Source: Chiloscyllium plagiosum | Lineage: Eukaryota | DNA length: 59,774 nt | Direction: 5' to 3' | Assembly (NCBI RefSeq): GCF_004010195.1 | Contig: NC_057718.1 | Location: forward strand, 24,235,309 to 24,295,082 | Shown: in pieces, positions 12,398 through 24,499 of the stretch | How positions within the stretch are numbered: position 1 is the stretch's first letter | Layout: every line of letters begins with the position of its first letter | Position numbers and translations under genes: made by a program | The notes under the pieces: generated by a model | Databases searched by the model: none | Seen by the model: the letters and a program-made list of their open reading frames with translations, nothing else | What the model was told of the DNA's origin: nothing

Positions 12398-12730
12398 TAA
12401 GACAAGTTTTTTCCCAGGGTGAAGGATTCAATAATGAGAGGTCGTGCTTTCAAGGTGAGAGATGGAAAGTTTAAGGGGGATGCACACAGCAAGTACTTCA
12501 CACAGAGGGTGGTGGGTGTTTGGAATGCATTGCCAGCAGAGGAGGTCGAGGCAGGCATGGTAGATTCATTTAAGATGCGTCTGGACAGATGCATGAGTAG
12601 GTTGGGAGAAGAGAGATACAGATGCTTAGGAATTGACCGACAAGTTTAGACAGTACATTTGGATCGGCTCAGGCTGGGAGGGCCGAAGGGCCTGTTCCTG
12701 GGCTGTAAATTTTCTTTGTTCGTTGTTCTT
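12398..12730 (+). mobile_element. Young CR1 LINE 3' end
   Basis: ORF2 C-terminus YFTQRVVGVWNALPAEEVEAG.VDSFK.RLD, followed by a gggccgaagggcctgtt tail and ttgttc repeats. Confidence 0.88.
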
Positions 12731-13199
12731 TTATGTTGCAAAAACATGAAGACAGTTGAAAAACATTCCTGCCTTTTGTCTGCTTAGACCATGTTTACTC
12801 CAATGCAAGTCCCCAGGTTTACATTTTTTAACCACTTGAAAACTTCACTTCCTTCAAAATATTCCCTATAACCTTTTTTTTAATTTGTACTGAGTGCTGA
12901 CTGTACATTAGCCCATTGCCATTACAACCTCCATCTCTCCAGTCTTCCAAGAACATTGTGTTCCTCCAGCTCTGACTACTTGTACCTCTCCAATTCCTTT
13001 TGCCCTACCCGTGGTTAACCACTAGGCTCTGAGCTCTTGAATTCCTGAAATGAATTCTGTTGATTCTGCTCCCCCACTCCTAGTTTTAAGACCCATCTTA
13101 AAACAATGCTAAAGTTTTCATAATCTCTCTTAATATCTCCTCTTTCAACTTGGTGTCAGGTTTTATTTGATTATGTGACCTTTCCACATCTAATGTGTC

Positions 13200-14140
13200 A
13201 AGCCCCCGAACTATCTTTTATGTTTCAGTAAGTTGCCTCTTTTCATTTGAACTCCAGTGAGTACAGGACCAACCGACTCCATCTCTCCTCACACGTTAAG
13301 TCCCTCCATACCTGAGATCAGGCAAGTGAATCTTCACTGGAATGTGTCCAATCCCAGTGTGTGTTCCCTTAGATAAACTGCCCAAAACTGTTCACAGTAT
13401 TCCAGCAGTGGTCTGACTAGGCCCTGTATGGTTCTAGCAAGACTTCTATTTTTATACTTTGGCCTATATTTCAAAAGGAACAATGTATACAAGGCTGTGG
13501 ACCAAGTACTGAGAAATAGGATTGGAATAGCTAGGTGGTTTATTTTTTGATGAAAGGCTGATGCCTAAAGTGTTGATCTTTGGATGCTGCCTGACCTGCT
13601 GTGCTTTTCTAGTGCCACTCTTTTCGACTCTGATCTCCATCATGTGCGGTCCTCACTTTCTCCTGGTTATTTTTGTCTAGTAGAGACTTGATGAACTGAA
13701 GGGCTTTTTTCTGTGCAGTAGGTAGCCGTGACTCGAACATTTCATTTGCCTTTTCTATTACCTGCTGAACTTGTACACAAGCTTTTTGAGATTTATGCAT
13801 GAGTACTCCCAAATCACACTGTTGTAGCTTTCTGCAGTCTTTAGCCATTTAATGTTCAACTCCTCTATTCTTCTAGCCAAAGTGCATAGCCTCACATTTT
13901 CACACATTATATTCCATCAAGCCAAATATTTGCCCACTCGCTTAACCTGCTTACATTCCTTTGTAGACTCTGTGTCATCCTCACCACCTGCCTTCCCACC
14001 TATTTTTGTATCAACTGCAAACTTGGTTACAGTGCATTCACTTGTCTCATGCAAGGCATCATTGTATATTGTAAGTAATTGACTCCGCTGGTTACTGGTT
14101 GCCATCCTGAAAATGCCCCGCTCGTACCAACTCTCAGTGC
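13200..14140 (-). mobile_element. Fragmented CR1 LINE remnants
   Basis: Minus-strand ORFs contain KFAVDTKIGG (CR1 KFADDTKIGG), DLGVLMHKSQK and GAFSGWQPVTSGV. Confidence 0.75.
13547..13663 (+). mobile_element. Solo PLE terminal fragment beginning at a degenerate HHR
   Basis: ttgatgaaaggctgatgcctaaa...ggatgctgcctgacctgctgtgcttttc...cctcactttctcc, homologous to 17281-17406. Flanked by tggtttattttt / tggttattttt. Confidence 0.7.
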
Positions 14141-15016
14141 AATATTTATAACCTGTGTTTGTATTAATTCAACTTGCTGTAGATTTTTGTAAACAAAGGC
14201 AAGTTCTGTATTCAAACCAGTCACCTTTAAATTTTTTTTATAATTTGTTGATTCGAATGTGAAGTAAGCATTTATTATTAAGCTTGCAGAATTATTTGTT
14301 TAAAAAAAGTTCAAGAAAATCTTCATACAAAGAAGTTGATTGACTGTATTGATCTAAGGTTATGCAACCCTGTTCATCATTTAGACAAATCACTGCAAAC
14401 TAAGCAAATAGACGGGAAAGCTTGACTTGCTGGCTGTCGCCTTCTCTCCATGTTTAGTAAACGTCTGTGGCTAAATGCAGTTTGTTCAGACTAACGACAC
14501 ACTTTGGATAGGAATTTAGTCTGGGAAACTGAGGACTCCCAGCAGGTAGCTGCATATGGGCTATATTGAGACTGAGTGAAATGTTTGTGCTGACGTCACT
14601 GTGACAAAGTGGGCTTGTTTGATCCAGTTTTCACCAAAGAACTCATCTGATACTGCTCAGATTTATATCCTGCTGTTTTTATTAAATTTATGACCGCGAC
14701 ACAAACAGCCCGGAAATAATGTCACCGTGGGAGAACAATCGTTTTATTTTTGAAAACTGGAAATTGAATTTAAAAATAACTCGCCAAATTTTATTGTTTT
14801 TCTAAGGTATCAAAATCTGTGTGGCTCTGCAACTCTGCAGTGTAAAAGTAACAGATTTGCTACCAGTGTCAACTTGTACCTGATGAACAGTGGGCACTCG
14901 AGCTTCTTGGATGACACTTCCACTTCTCTTCGTCCATGTCCCCCATCTCCCAACCTAACCAAGCTAACCTTTTGGAAAATGATTCCGTCTCTGCTGAAAC
15001 TTCTTCAGTCAAACAG

Positions 15017-15255
15017 AAGCAAAATGCTGTGGATACTGGAGAACTGAAATAAAAACAGAAAATGCTAGAAGAACTCAGCAGGTCTGCCTAACATCTGTGG
15101 AGAGAGAAAAAAGGTTAATTTTTTTTTTCAGTCCAAGCTGACTCTTCTTTGAAAGCAAGAGAGGAATCGTACTGGAGTTAACATTTTAACTCCATTGTTC
15201 TCTCCACAGATATTGCCAAACACGCTTGGTATCTCCAGTACTTTGTTTTTATCTC
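15017..15255. mobile_element. Old PLE-derived inverted-repeat relic
   Basis: aaataaaaacagaaaatgctagaagaactcagcaggtctg...catctgtggagaga pairs with tctctccacagatattgccaaac...ctccagtactttgtttttat. Confidence 0.6.
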
Positions 15256-15774
15256 TTTGATCAGTCTGCCTTGGGCGAGAAATGAGAGTTGAATCTGTGA
15301 ATCACTATTTTACGGCACCATGTATCAATACTGTTTAATAGGAAATACTCAAGTCATCCTGAAGCTCACCTCGAAGCATGTCGTGATTGACATTGATAAC
15401 TGAGAGGAGGTTGTTATCAGCCTTTCAATGTGATGACTGTTTGTCCATTGAGCTCAATCATGCTTTCACTCACAATGTCTTCCTTCTCAGAACAGAGCAG
15501 CAACAGGGAAAGGGGGAGGAGGGGGGAATAAAAAAGCATATCCTGTACTCCAAATCCCAATATCCCTTGGAACATCCTACTCCATATGCCTGGAGGTCTA
15601 CAGGTCAAAACTTGATCTGTTCAATTACATAAAGGCTTGCCAGCAATTCACCACCCAGGTTAGCTGTCATCCTGGAACCAGTGATGAATAATGCTACTAT
15701 TGCTAACGTTAAACAGCCTTCAACTTTTAAACGTACTTTTTTTAGCTTATGAATTGTAAATCTTTGAATTTAAA

Positions 15775-16550
15775 ACATAATAAGAACATAAGAACTAGGA
15801 GCAGGCACAGGAGTAGACCATCTGGCCCTTCGAGCCTGCTCCACCGTTCAATAAGATCATGGCTGATCTTTTCATGGCCTCAGCTCCACCTACCCGCATT
15901 CTCACCATACCCTTTACCTTCCTTTATTTTTCAAAAAAATCTCTACCGTAGCTTTAAAAGCATTTACTGAAGTTGGCAACTACTTCCCTGGGCAAGCAAT
16001 TTATAGATTAACAACCCTCTGTGTGAAGAAATTCCTTTTCAATTCAGTCCTAAATTTGCTCCCCTTTATTTTGAGGCTATGTCCTCGTGTCCTAGTTTTG
16101 CCTGCCAGTGGAAACATCCTCATTACTTCTATCTTATCTATTCCATTCATAATTTTATATGTTTCTATAAGATCCCCCTCATTCTTCTGAATTTGAATGA
16201 ATATGATCCCAGTCTACTCAGTCTCTCCTCATAGGCCAACCCCCTCAACTCCGAATCAACCTAGTTGAACCTCCTTTGCACCCCCTGCATTTCCGGTACG
16301 TCCTTTCTCCAGTAAGGAAAGCAAAATTGCACAGGGTACTCCAGGTATGGCCTCACCGGCACCTTGTACAGCTGCAACATTACCTCTCTGCTTTTAAACT
16401 CAATCCCTTTAGCAATGAAGGACAAAATCCCATTTGCCGCCTTAATTACCTGTTGTACCTGCAGACCAACCTCTGTAATTCATGCACAAAGACACCCAGG
16501 TCCCTCTGTACAGCAGCATGCTGCAACTTTTTACCATTTCAGGTAATAAT
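15775..16550 (-). mobile_element. CR1 LINE 3' fragment
   Basis: aacataagaacataaga 3' tail repeats and an antisense CR1 ORF2 C-terminus. Confidence 0.85.
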
Positions 16551-16621
16551 TGAGTCCAGTTGCCAAAGTGTGGTGTGGAAAAGCACAGCAGGTCTGGCAG
16601 CAACCAAGGAGCAGGAGAGTT

Positions 16622-16649
16622 GACGTTTCAGGCTTAAGCCCTTCATCAG
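16622..16649 (-). ncRNA. Minimal hammerhead motif, intact core
   Basis: The reverse complement reads CTGATGA-A-GGGC-TTAA-GCCT-GAAA-CGTC (one G.U pair in helix II). Confidence 0.68.
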
Positions 16650-17280
16650 GAATGTTGGAGGAGGGGGTTGATAGATAAATATGGGGTGGGGCTGCGTCTA
16701 GGGGTCAAGGTAGCTGGGAAGGTGATAGGTGGATACAGGTGGGGTAGTAATACGTTGGTGGGAAGAAGATGGACAAATGGGACAGGTCAAGAGGACAGTT
16801 CCGAGTTGGAGTTGTAGATCTGGGATGAGGTGGGGGTGGGGGGATTTGGACGCCACCATTAGAGAGAGATACTGCCAACTCATGGAGTATTTCAGGGAAT
16901 GTCTCTGGGATGCAAGTACCAACCAACCCCACTGCCCTGTGGCTGACCACTTCAACTTCTTCTCACACTCCCCCAAGGACAAGTAAGTCCTGGGCCGCCA
17001 TCTCTGCCAAATCAAAGCTATCCGCCAACTGGAGGAAGAATGCCTTGGCTTCCACCTTGGGACTCTTCAACCATACAGCATCAACGTCACCAGTTTCCTC
17101 ATCTCCCCTCTCCCACCTCATTCCAGGTCCAACCTTCCAACTCAGTACAGCCCTCTTGACCTGTCCTACCTGTCTGCTCCACCCACCCCACCAACCAATC
17201 ACAATTATCCCCACCGGCATTCACCTATCACCTTCCACGCTACCCTATTTATTTCTCATCCCCCTTCCCTCTTCACATTC

Positions 17281-17308
17281 CTGATGAAGGGCTTATGCCC
17301 AAAACGTC
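17281..17308 (+). ncRNA. Minimal hammerhead motif, probably inactive (G12->A)
   Basis: CTGATGA-A-GGGC-TTAT-GCCC-AAAA-CGTC. Confidence 0.6.
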
Positions 17309-18759
17309 AACTCTCCTGCTTCTTGGATGCTGCTTGACTTGCTGTGCTTTTCCAGCACCACACTTGTTGACTCTGACTCTCCAGCATCTGCAGTCCTCCC
17401 TTTCTCTTATGAGTCCAAATGTGACTGTCAGCTTCTGGAGGCAAGGTAGGATGGCATTCCATCAGAAGAGCTATGGGAGAATGGGTCTATGCTCTGACAT
17501 GTTACCTGCCTTTACCTTTTTTCTGGATACAAAGTCATGAGATTTTGTGTATTTGAAGTACTTATGATGGTGTTGTGTGTCAGAGGTTTGTGTCTCTCTG
17601 GGGAAACCAGGGCTCAAGTTCAAAGGGTTTACTGAAGCTAAGACTATGCAAGCTGTCTAAAGAGACTCACCAGCATAATTCACAATGCAAACCTACTTGG
17701 AGATTTCAGCTTACTCTACGGAGTGTGCCAAGACTTGCTGTTGATCTATCATACCCTTTCAGTCTCCTACTCACAATGATGCACTCTAGTGAAGGAAACA
17801 TCCTTTTAAGAAAAAACACATGATAATCTCCAAAATATATTGGGCAGTAGAAGGATATCGGAGTTTTGAACTCTCATTTGAGAAAAGCAGATCATGATCA
17901 CTGATCTCTCAAAGCTTTCTTTGTTGTGCTTGACGCAATACATTTAAACATTTTGCACGATCATGCATGTATGTATGTTAAGTGAGCCCTGTTACTTTCA
18001 CAAACGCTACATTTTTGTTCAGTGTAGACAGAATGATGCACGTAGTGTTGATGAGAAAATTGTAATTTCCTGTTCTGTAAGCACACAAAAGGTCCATCAG
18101 GTTAAAAAACAAATCCATACGTGTCTTTTTCTGAAACTTATCTCCTCGTTTGTCTGCCTGAAATAGAATCCTAACAATTAGATTTCTCAGAAATACTCAA
18201 ATACTTTGCTCACTGAAAATAGATTTGCACAGCATTACAAATCCTTGGAGGTTAAACGTAGCATCTCAACTCTACTTTCATCTCTTAATATAGAACTGTC
18301 CCCAACCTTCAAATGTTTCACCTTTGCCTCTCTGTAAACAATACCACAGAAGATCTATTTGTATTTGTGTATTGGCAATTACATGCGACCTGAGACTGTG
18401 GAGTAAGTTGAGTTGGTTTATAAATTATAAATGTTTCATTCGGTACTTAATGCTGCAGTTATGTGCAAAGAAATATCTTTATTTGTTTCACAGGACATGC
18501 TTTCGGTTTTTGCTCCATGAAGGAAAAAGTGAGAAAATTATCTTTCATTGGATATTTGTAATCATTCAAATGATTCTCTGTTAAACCATGCATCTCAGGT
18601 CATTGTGAACTTACCCAAGATTAAAGCTAGTGGTACTCTCCATAATAGATGCACAGTGCTATTGCAGGTTCATGCATGGGACAGATTGATTACTTAAAGC
18701 AAACATCCAAAAGCAGTCCCCTTTATTTTTGTCAATTGTTAGCTTCTGCACTTTTTCAA

Positions 18760-19097
18760 TCGTTCATTCACAGGATGAGGACGTTGCTAGCTAGGCTGGC
18801 ATTTATTGCCTATTCCTCAGTTAAGAGTCAGCCACGTTACTGTGGATCTGAAATTACAGGTAGGCCAGACAAGGTAAAGATGGCAGTTTCCTTCCATGAA
18901 GGACATTAGTGAACCAGATGGGTTTTTCCGACAATTAGCAATGAATTCATGGTCGTCATTAGATTGTTATTCTCGATTTTTGTTGAATTCAAATTCCACT
19001 ATCTGCCACAGCGAGATTCAAACCCAGGTCCCCGGACTTTTACCTTGGTCTCTGGATTAATAGTCTGATGATAATATTACTAGGCCATTGTTTCCTC
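18760..19097 (-). mobile_element. tRNA-derived SINE (family also at 27654, 44212 and 53240)
   Basis: Antisense B-box-like gattcaaaccc, the shared core gaattcaaattccactatctgcca, and a shared 3' end. Confidence 0.7.
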
Positions 19098-19439
19098 TTT
19101 TATTTTAAAAAAAAAAGTTTCTCTGTACCACCATTTAAAATATATTTAAATAATGTATAATGACTGTGTCTTTCTGTGGCTGGTAATAACCAACCATGCT
19201 GTAATCTTGTACTCTTATAAGTGATTTTATAATGTGTGTTACATTTTGCCATGAAATTTAACTGTTACAGGTATGGAGTCTCATTCTTCTTATGCAATTG
19301 CTGGAAATTTTGAAAATGCAATGGTTTAAAATTTGTACTTTTTTTTTCTTCCAATTTTCTGTTGTCCCTGTCATTCCTTCTCCCATTCTCTTTCTGTACC
19401 TGAGCTGACATTGAATTCATGCACTTCGTTGGACAGCCT

Positions 19440-19635
19440 TATGCTGTGAATGCAGAGTGACGCCAACAGCATGGATTCAGTTCCCACAACGGTTGAGGTT
19501 ACCATGAAGGATTGTGCTCCTCAATCTCTTCCCTCACCTGAGATGTGGTGCCCCTCTGGTCAAACCATCATCAATCACCTCCCCTTCTCTCTAATGAGAG
19601 AGCAGCCCCATGATCCAGTCAGACTCTGGTACCTT
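19440..19635 (+). repeat. SINE-like repeat homologous to 8150-8300
   Basis: Direct similarity to 8150-8300, with B-box-like ggattcagttcc. Confidence 0.6.
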
Positions 19636-20187
19636 ACGAACTGTGAACTTTGCAGTCCTTCAAATTTGATTTGTTGAAGGTGATGCTCAGTAGGTTGTCA
19701 TGCTCAGTCAGTTCCCAGTTGCAATGCCTCCCTTGTGGCATTTAGCTGGTATGTTTGAGCAATACTGACTGCACAAAAACCTATAAACAAGACTGTGCCT
19801 AAGTAACAGCAATTGCTATCAGCTGTCCTGTCAGATGATGCATTTCCTTGTGCATTTTGAAAGAGCTCTTCTCATTAGGTCTTTTCTGGATTTTCTTGAA
19901 ATTGTGTAAAAAGCTGAAGCACATTATAAACATTTGAGAAATCAAATCTATTTGTATGAAGTTATTGGGCTTTGGCATGTTCTTCATTGACCATCCCTCA
20001 AGATTCTTGATGAGCAAAACAAGAAAGTTGCCATCTAATCCTGAAAGTGCTGAATAAAGTAATTCCTCTCATTCAATTATTGCACCACTTAATTATAAAA
20101 ACAAATCTCTTGACTACACCATTGATGCGGGATAATTGTCTTTTCTTTTGACCTCAAGGCTGAAATTAGTTGAAGAAATCAGCATTC

Positions 20188-20392
20188 AAATAAAAGCAAA
20201 ATGTTGCAAATGGTGGAAATCTGACATAAAAACAGAATGCTGGAGAAACTCAGCAGGTCTTCTATCACCTATGGATAGAGAAATAGTTAATGTTTTGAGG
20301 CTGTTTCAGAACAAGTTAATATTGGACATGAAATGTTAACACTGTTTCTTACTGTAAATGCTGCTAGACCTGCTCATTTCTGTTTTTATTTG
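20188..20392. mobile_element. Old PLE-derived inverted-repeat relic about 180 nt upstream of the 93-nt exon
   Basis: ataaaaacagaatgctggagaaactcagcaggtct pairs with agacctgctcatttctgtttttat. Confidence 0.6.
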
Positions 20393-20574
20393 AGAAAACA
20401 GCGCTATTGCTTTATGCAAACAATCAATTGTTTCGCAGCACTGAAGAGCATTGTGCAGAAGTGCTTCAGTGACCTATCTTTGCTTCTATATGCCCACTTC
20501 AAAATCTCAGTCATAGAAATTACAACGTCTTTTGACTTTCTGGTCATTGCAGTTTTTCATCTTCCTTGTTGCAG

Positions 20575-20667
20575 TTTGCGAGACAAAAATGGAAACAGTC
20601 TGCAGTCTTTCACCAGAAGCACATCTACAGCCTTTTAAAGACAAAATGGAAGAATTCATTAATCAAG
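20575..20667 (+). CDS. FMN2: Formin-2 internal coding exon (93 nt, phase 1/1): (V)CETKMETVCSLSPEAHLQPFKDKMEEFINQ
   Basis: Acceptor cttccttgttgcag at ..20574 and donor gtaaat at 20668. It has the formin H[LM]QPFK..ME.FI.Q motif, and its phase fits both neighbours. It is partly visible in ORF 20532..20720. Confidence 0.93.
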
Positions 20668-23404
20668 GTAAATGGAATAGAGTTCAGCCTTTTTTATATA
20701 TAAATAAAAGTCTCCGGTAAGTGACATTATGTATTTTAATTGTGACAATATTTGTTTTGGCATCAGAAGTTGCCAAGTGACACAATTAATCAGTGACATA
20801 AATATATTGGAAGCAAATGGTACCTGATGAGTAGATTTTGGGATGTACAACAAAAAAAGACTTTGTATCAAACTTCAAACTGCTGTCTTGGGCTATATAT
20901 AACCATGTTATTAGTTTCCTTCAATAGGGTTATAAAGACATTTATAACTGAGCTATTAATCATGAGAACACTTTTTCAATGATCCTTGTCAGTGGCTTGG
21001 GAGTAGGTTTTTCCTCCTCCATATTTATCTCCTGCAAGCACATAGAATTCCTTGTTTTAATTTGCAAAACAGCAGTAGTAAATGACAAGTTAGCCATTTA
21101 AAGAGAATGAGTCAGGTATATACATGTGTTTCCAAGTTTATGGCGTGTGGGTAACATGGATCCAGGCATTTCAATACCTTTTTTGGTGCTTATGTTTCCT
21201 ATTGGCTTTTTTGTGCTGTTTAAATTTGGAGAGCCTAGTGACTTGGAAGGGATTGTTGACATTTCAGTTTCACTTTGTGGATACATCATGAATCAGATCA
21301 AAGGTGTTGATGTCCAGTCTGGGATGTGTGCAAATTAGTGGGGTATTCCTTTTCAGTGGGGCAGTGGCTTCCATGGTACGTGCTGAATCAAATTCCAAAC
21401 TTTGGCACCTGGAATTCCGACCCTACAAAGCATTTTAACACAATGAGGACTAATGGTTGTAATCTTGTCTTGCCGTTTTGTCTTATTTGTTAATCTGCTA
21501 GTTGCAATTATTTATTTTCATTTCACGCTAATACTTCATCACTTTATCAAACTCAGTAATTGCTCAAAATCCAGCATTTTCCAATAGTCATTCCAAAGGT
21601 GTGTAACTATAGTGTGCAATTAATTTTAAAAGCTGAAATATTAATGACACATCTGAAATCTTAATTCGGCAAAATGCAAGACCCTAGGACATGAAGTGGT
21701 CCCATTGAAAAAGGGGACTTCTGAGAGCTTCGAAGAAAAGGGTGTTTATCTGATGCCTGCATGATTTTCAGAATTTTTTTTTGAGTCTTTGTTCAAGCTG
21801 TTATTAAAGGTCCTTGAAACATTAAACCGAAGTAACATATTGGAGCTGTATCTACAGAGAGTGACATTTGTATTTAGTTTACACTGAGCCTCATGTGTTA
21901 CCTAATTATACTTGAGTGGAATAAGCCATTTTTGTTGTTTTCACTGTTCAGTTTCAGGTTTATACCTGATCATAGCGATGTGCCATTGTAGTCAAATGGC
22001 ATGTCAGCACTCCTTTACATCTGGATAGGGTGTGAATGCAATCTGGGGGCTTTATGCACCTAAGTCATAAATGGACAGTCTGTGATACAAGAGTACAAGG
22101 TCACCTTTGATCAATGGAAGGACACTGCAGTGAGAATTTAAATAAAAACAAAACAGAAATCCTATGTTTTGTGAAGAATTTATTGTTCTCGAGATCAGTT
22201 GTTGAAAAGGAGTAAAGTTAATGTATAGTTTTTAAACATGCCTACTGTCAGACAGCCTTTCTTCTCCAGAATTCTATTTTTTTTAATTGTAATTTTATTT
22301 GCTGTGGATATTGACTTTAAAGACACAAAGCCTCAACTTACTTCATTTTCAAACACGTTTTTCCAAAGCCCCGAGACGGTAAAGTTTGTTTACTTTTGGA
22401 GCTGCCCATCAAGTATGTGGGTGTGTGACCGGGATCACAGCCTGCTGTCAGACTGGAGCCTGTAGTCCTAGTCTTGGTGCCATGCTTGACTGACGTCTCC
22501 AAATGTAAACAAATATTGCAAACCTTTAGAATTACCATGGCTCAGTAACTAAGAGGAATTGGGAGACGAACTTTAACAGGTGGGGTTATAGTGGTGAGAG
22601 GTGGCGGAGGACAAATATTTTGTAAAGGGCTTCAGAATTAAGTTTCAAACAAAATTTGCAGACCACTTTTACACCTCTGAGCCACAATCTTCCCATCTTT
22701 ATCAGTGAATTAATTTGGGGTGTACGGTCCCTTGGATATTTAACTCGAATGCCTGAAACAAATGTTCCATCCACAACTCTGTGACTGCTAAGAGGCTTAT
22801 AACATTTGTGTTTTGTGGGCACTTTTGGATTCCAATTTATATCTTTACATACTTGGAGTCACAATGTCAAGGGCGGAAGAAGAAAGGATTCAATTATTGT
22901 GTTTATGACCAAAAGCAAATCCCATTTCTGAGCTAATCTACTGTGGTTGAAATTTAAGCACTGATGAAGATTCAAATTCAATGCAGCATTAATTTGAAGG
23001 CACTGTTTTGATGTTCTAAATGGTTCAAATCAATTCATCCAATTTAATGAAATGGTAACATCAAGCAGCACAATTTTAAATCCTTGCATCAATTGTTTCT
23101 CGTGTCACTTTTAATACTTCGCTAATCTCCTTAAATCTGCAGCCACTTGTTAATCCTTTAATCGTTGGGGAAGCAGTTTCTCTCTATTTCAAAATCTTCA
23201 CGATTTTAAACACATCTATCAAATCTGCTCTGCACCTCTTGGGACAGTCCCCGAATCTCTAATGTACTTGCATAATGACAAAGGCTCACTCTTGAACCAT
23301 TTCCGCTTAACTGTGGAGCGAGGCTCCAGGCAGGTTTTTCTTCATCTTTCGTAAAGAGCAATGCCTAAGACAGTACTTCGCTTCAGCTGAGGTTAATTTT
23401 TTTT

Positions 23405-23745
23405 TAACATTTTAATTCATCGGTTGTGTTGGTCTTTCCTAATTACAATTAAAAAGATTATGGTGAGCTGTCATCTTGAAACGCTGCGGCACATGAGGTT
23501 TCCTGGTCTTGCGTAGTACTATTAGGAAGGGAGTTCCAGGCTTTTGTCCAACTGACAGTGAAAGAACAGTGTGGTAATTCCAAGTCAGGTTGATGTGTGG
23601 CTTTGAGAGGAATTTGCAGGCAGTGGTGTTGCCATGCATCTTGTTGCCCCTATTCCTGTAAGTGAGAATGTGATGGCAGGTTTGTCAGTCAAAGGAGGCA
23701 TGATCACTTGTTGCAGTGCATCTTATAGATGGTATGCAGTGTTGG
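23405..23745 (-). mobile_element. LINE 3' fragment (CR1-group), family also at 39203-39500, 50760-51178 and 56455-56555
   Basis: Antisense of the recurring gggaacaccaccacctgcaaattcccctccaagcc...cctgacttggaa segment. Confidence 0.65.
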
Positions 23746-24499
23746 TCCTGTGAACCAGGGATTAAACTTGCCTTGAAATCCCTTAATTTGTGTTTGCACC
23801 ATCAACAAAATTGGCAGTACTTGATGTTATTTAGCAGAAACTGCTACATATTTCAGTATTTGTACGAGTGGTTAAATGCAGAGATCTGGTCATGTCTGTC
23901 AATAATTTCCTGCCCCCTTCAAGATAGAAATCATCTAGAAATCATTGGTGAACTTGCATTTCTATGTCATTATTGCCACAATAAAATCATGCACAAAAAC
24001 TGATGACAGGTTGTATCAAGTGTACATGTATATTTAACGTAGTCTTGCGATAATAGCTTAGCCTTCGTCATTCCTCTGGCTGTGCAAACCTACTTTTGAT
24101 AGGTGTGACATGTCAAATATTTGCAAGTAATTTCAGAGTTTGATTTTAGAATCTTGTTTGCAATTCTGACCTTTGCACAGTTTTTGCTTTTTTTTTTACA
24201 TAAAGCAAAACAAAGTGAATGATAAAACCTGCTCATTATTTTCTGGTTTGCTGTCTGACCAAATTCTTCCATATGATTGCTTGCTTCATGACAACACCAA
24301 AGATTCCTTCATCAAACACTAGAGTGGAATTGAAGTCCAAAAGGTAAAATCAACACCATGGATCTTGGTGGGCTGTTTGCTTTGAATTCCTGGCAAGTAA
24401 TGTCACTTCATTGCAGGCCTGGAGTTTGCAGTCTACGTGGTTGATTCAGAAGCAAACACTGTTTAGTTTTGAGCATTCTTATAAGCAAAAAACAGCAAA

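Larger units (their letters stand above)
16560..17407. mobile_element. Fold-back PLE insertion with a GIY-YIG C-terminal remnant and two HHR motifs
   Basis: Inverted arms at about 16563-16850 and 17100-17367. The internal + strand remnant reads EYFRECLW..TNQPHCPVADHFN..SHSPKD*VLG...RQLEEECLGFHLGTLQP. Candidate TSD tgagtcca at 16551-16558 and 17410-17417. Confidence 0.85.

Noticed and set aside
15650..15660. GLI-like site CACCACCCA (also at about 46627)
   Set aside because: A one-mismatch 9-mer is expected by chance in 60 kb, and there is no supporting evidence.
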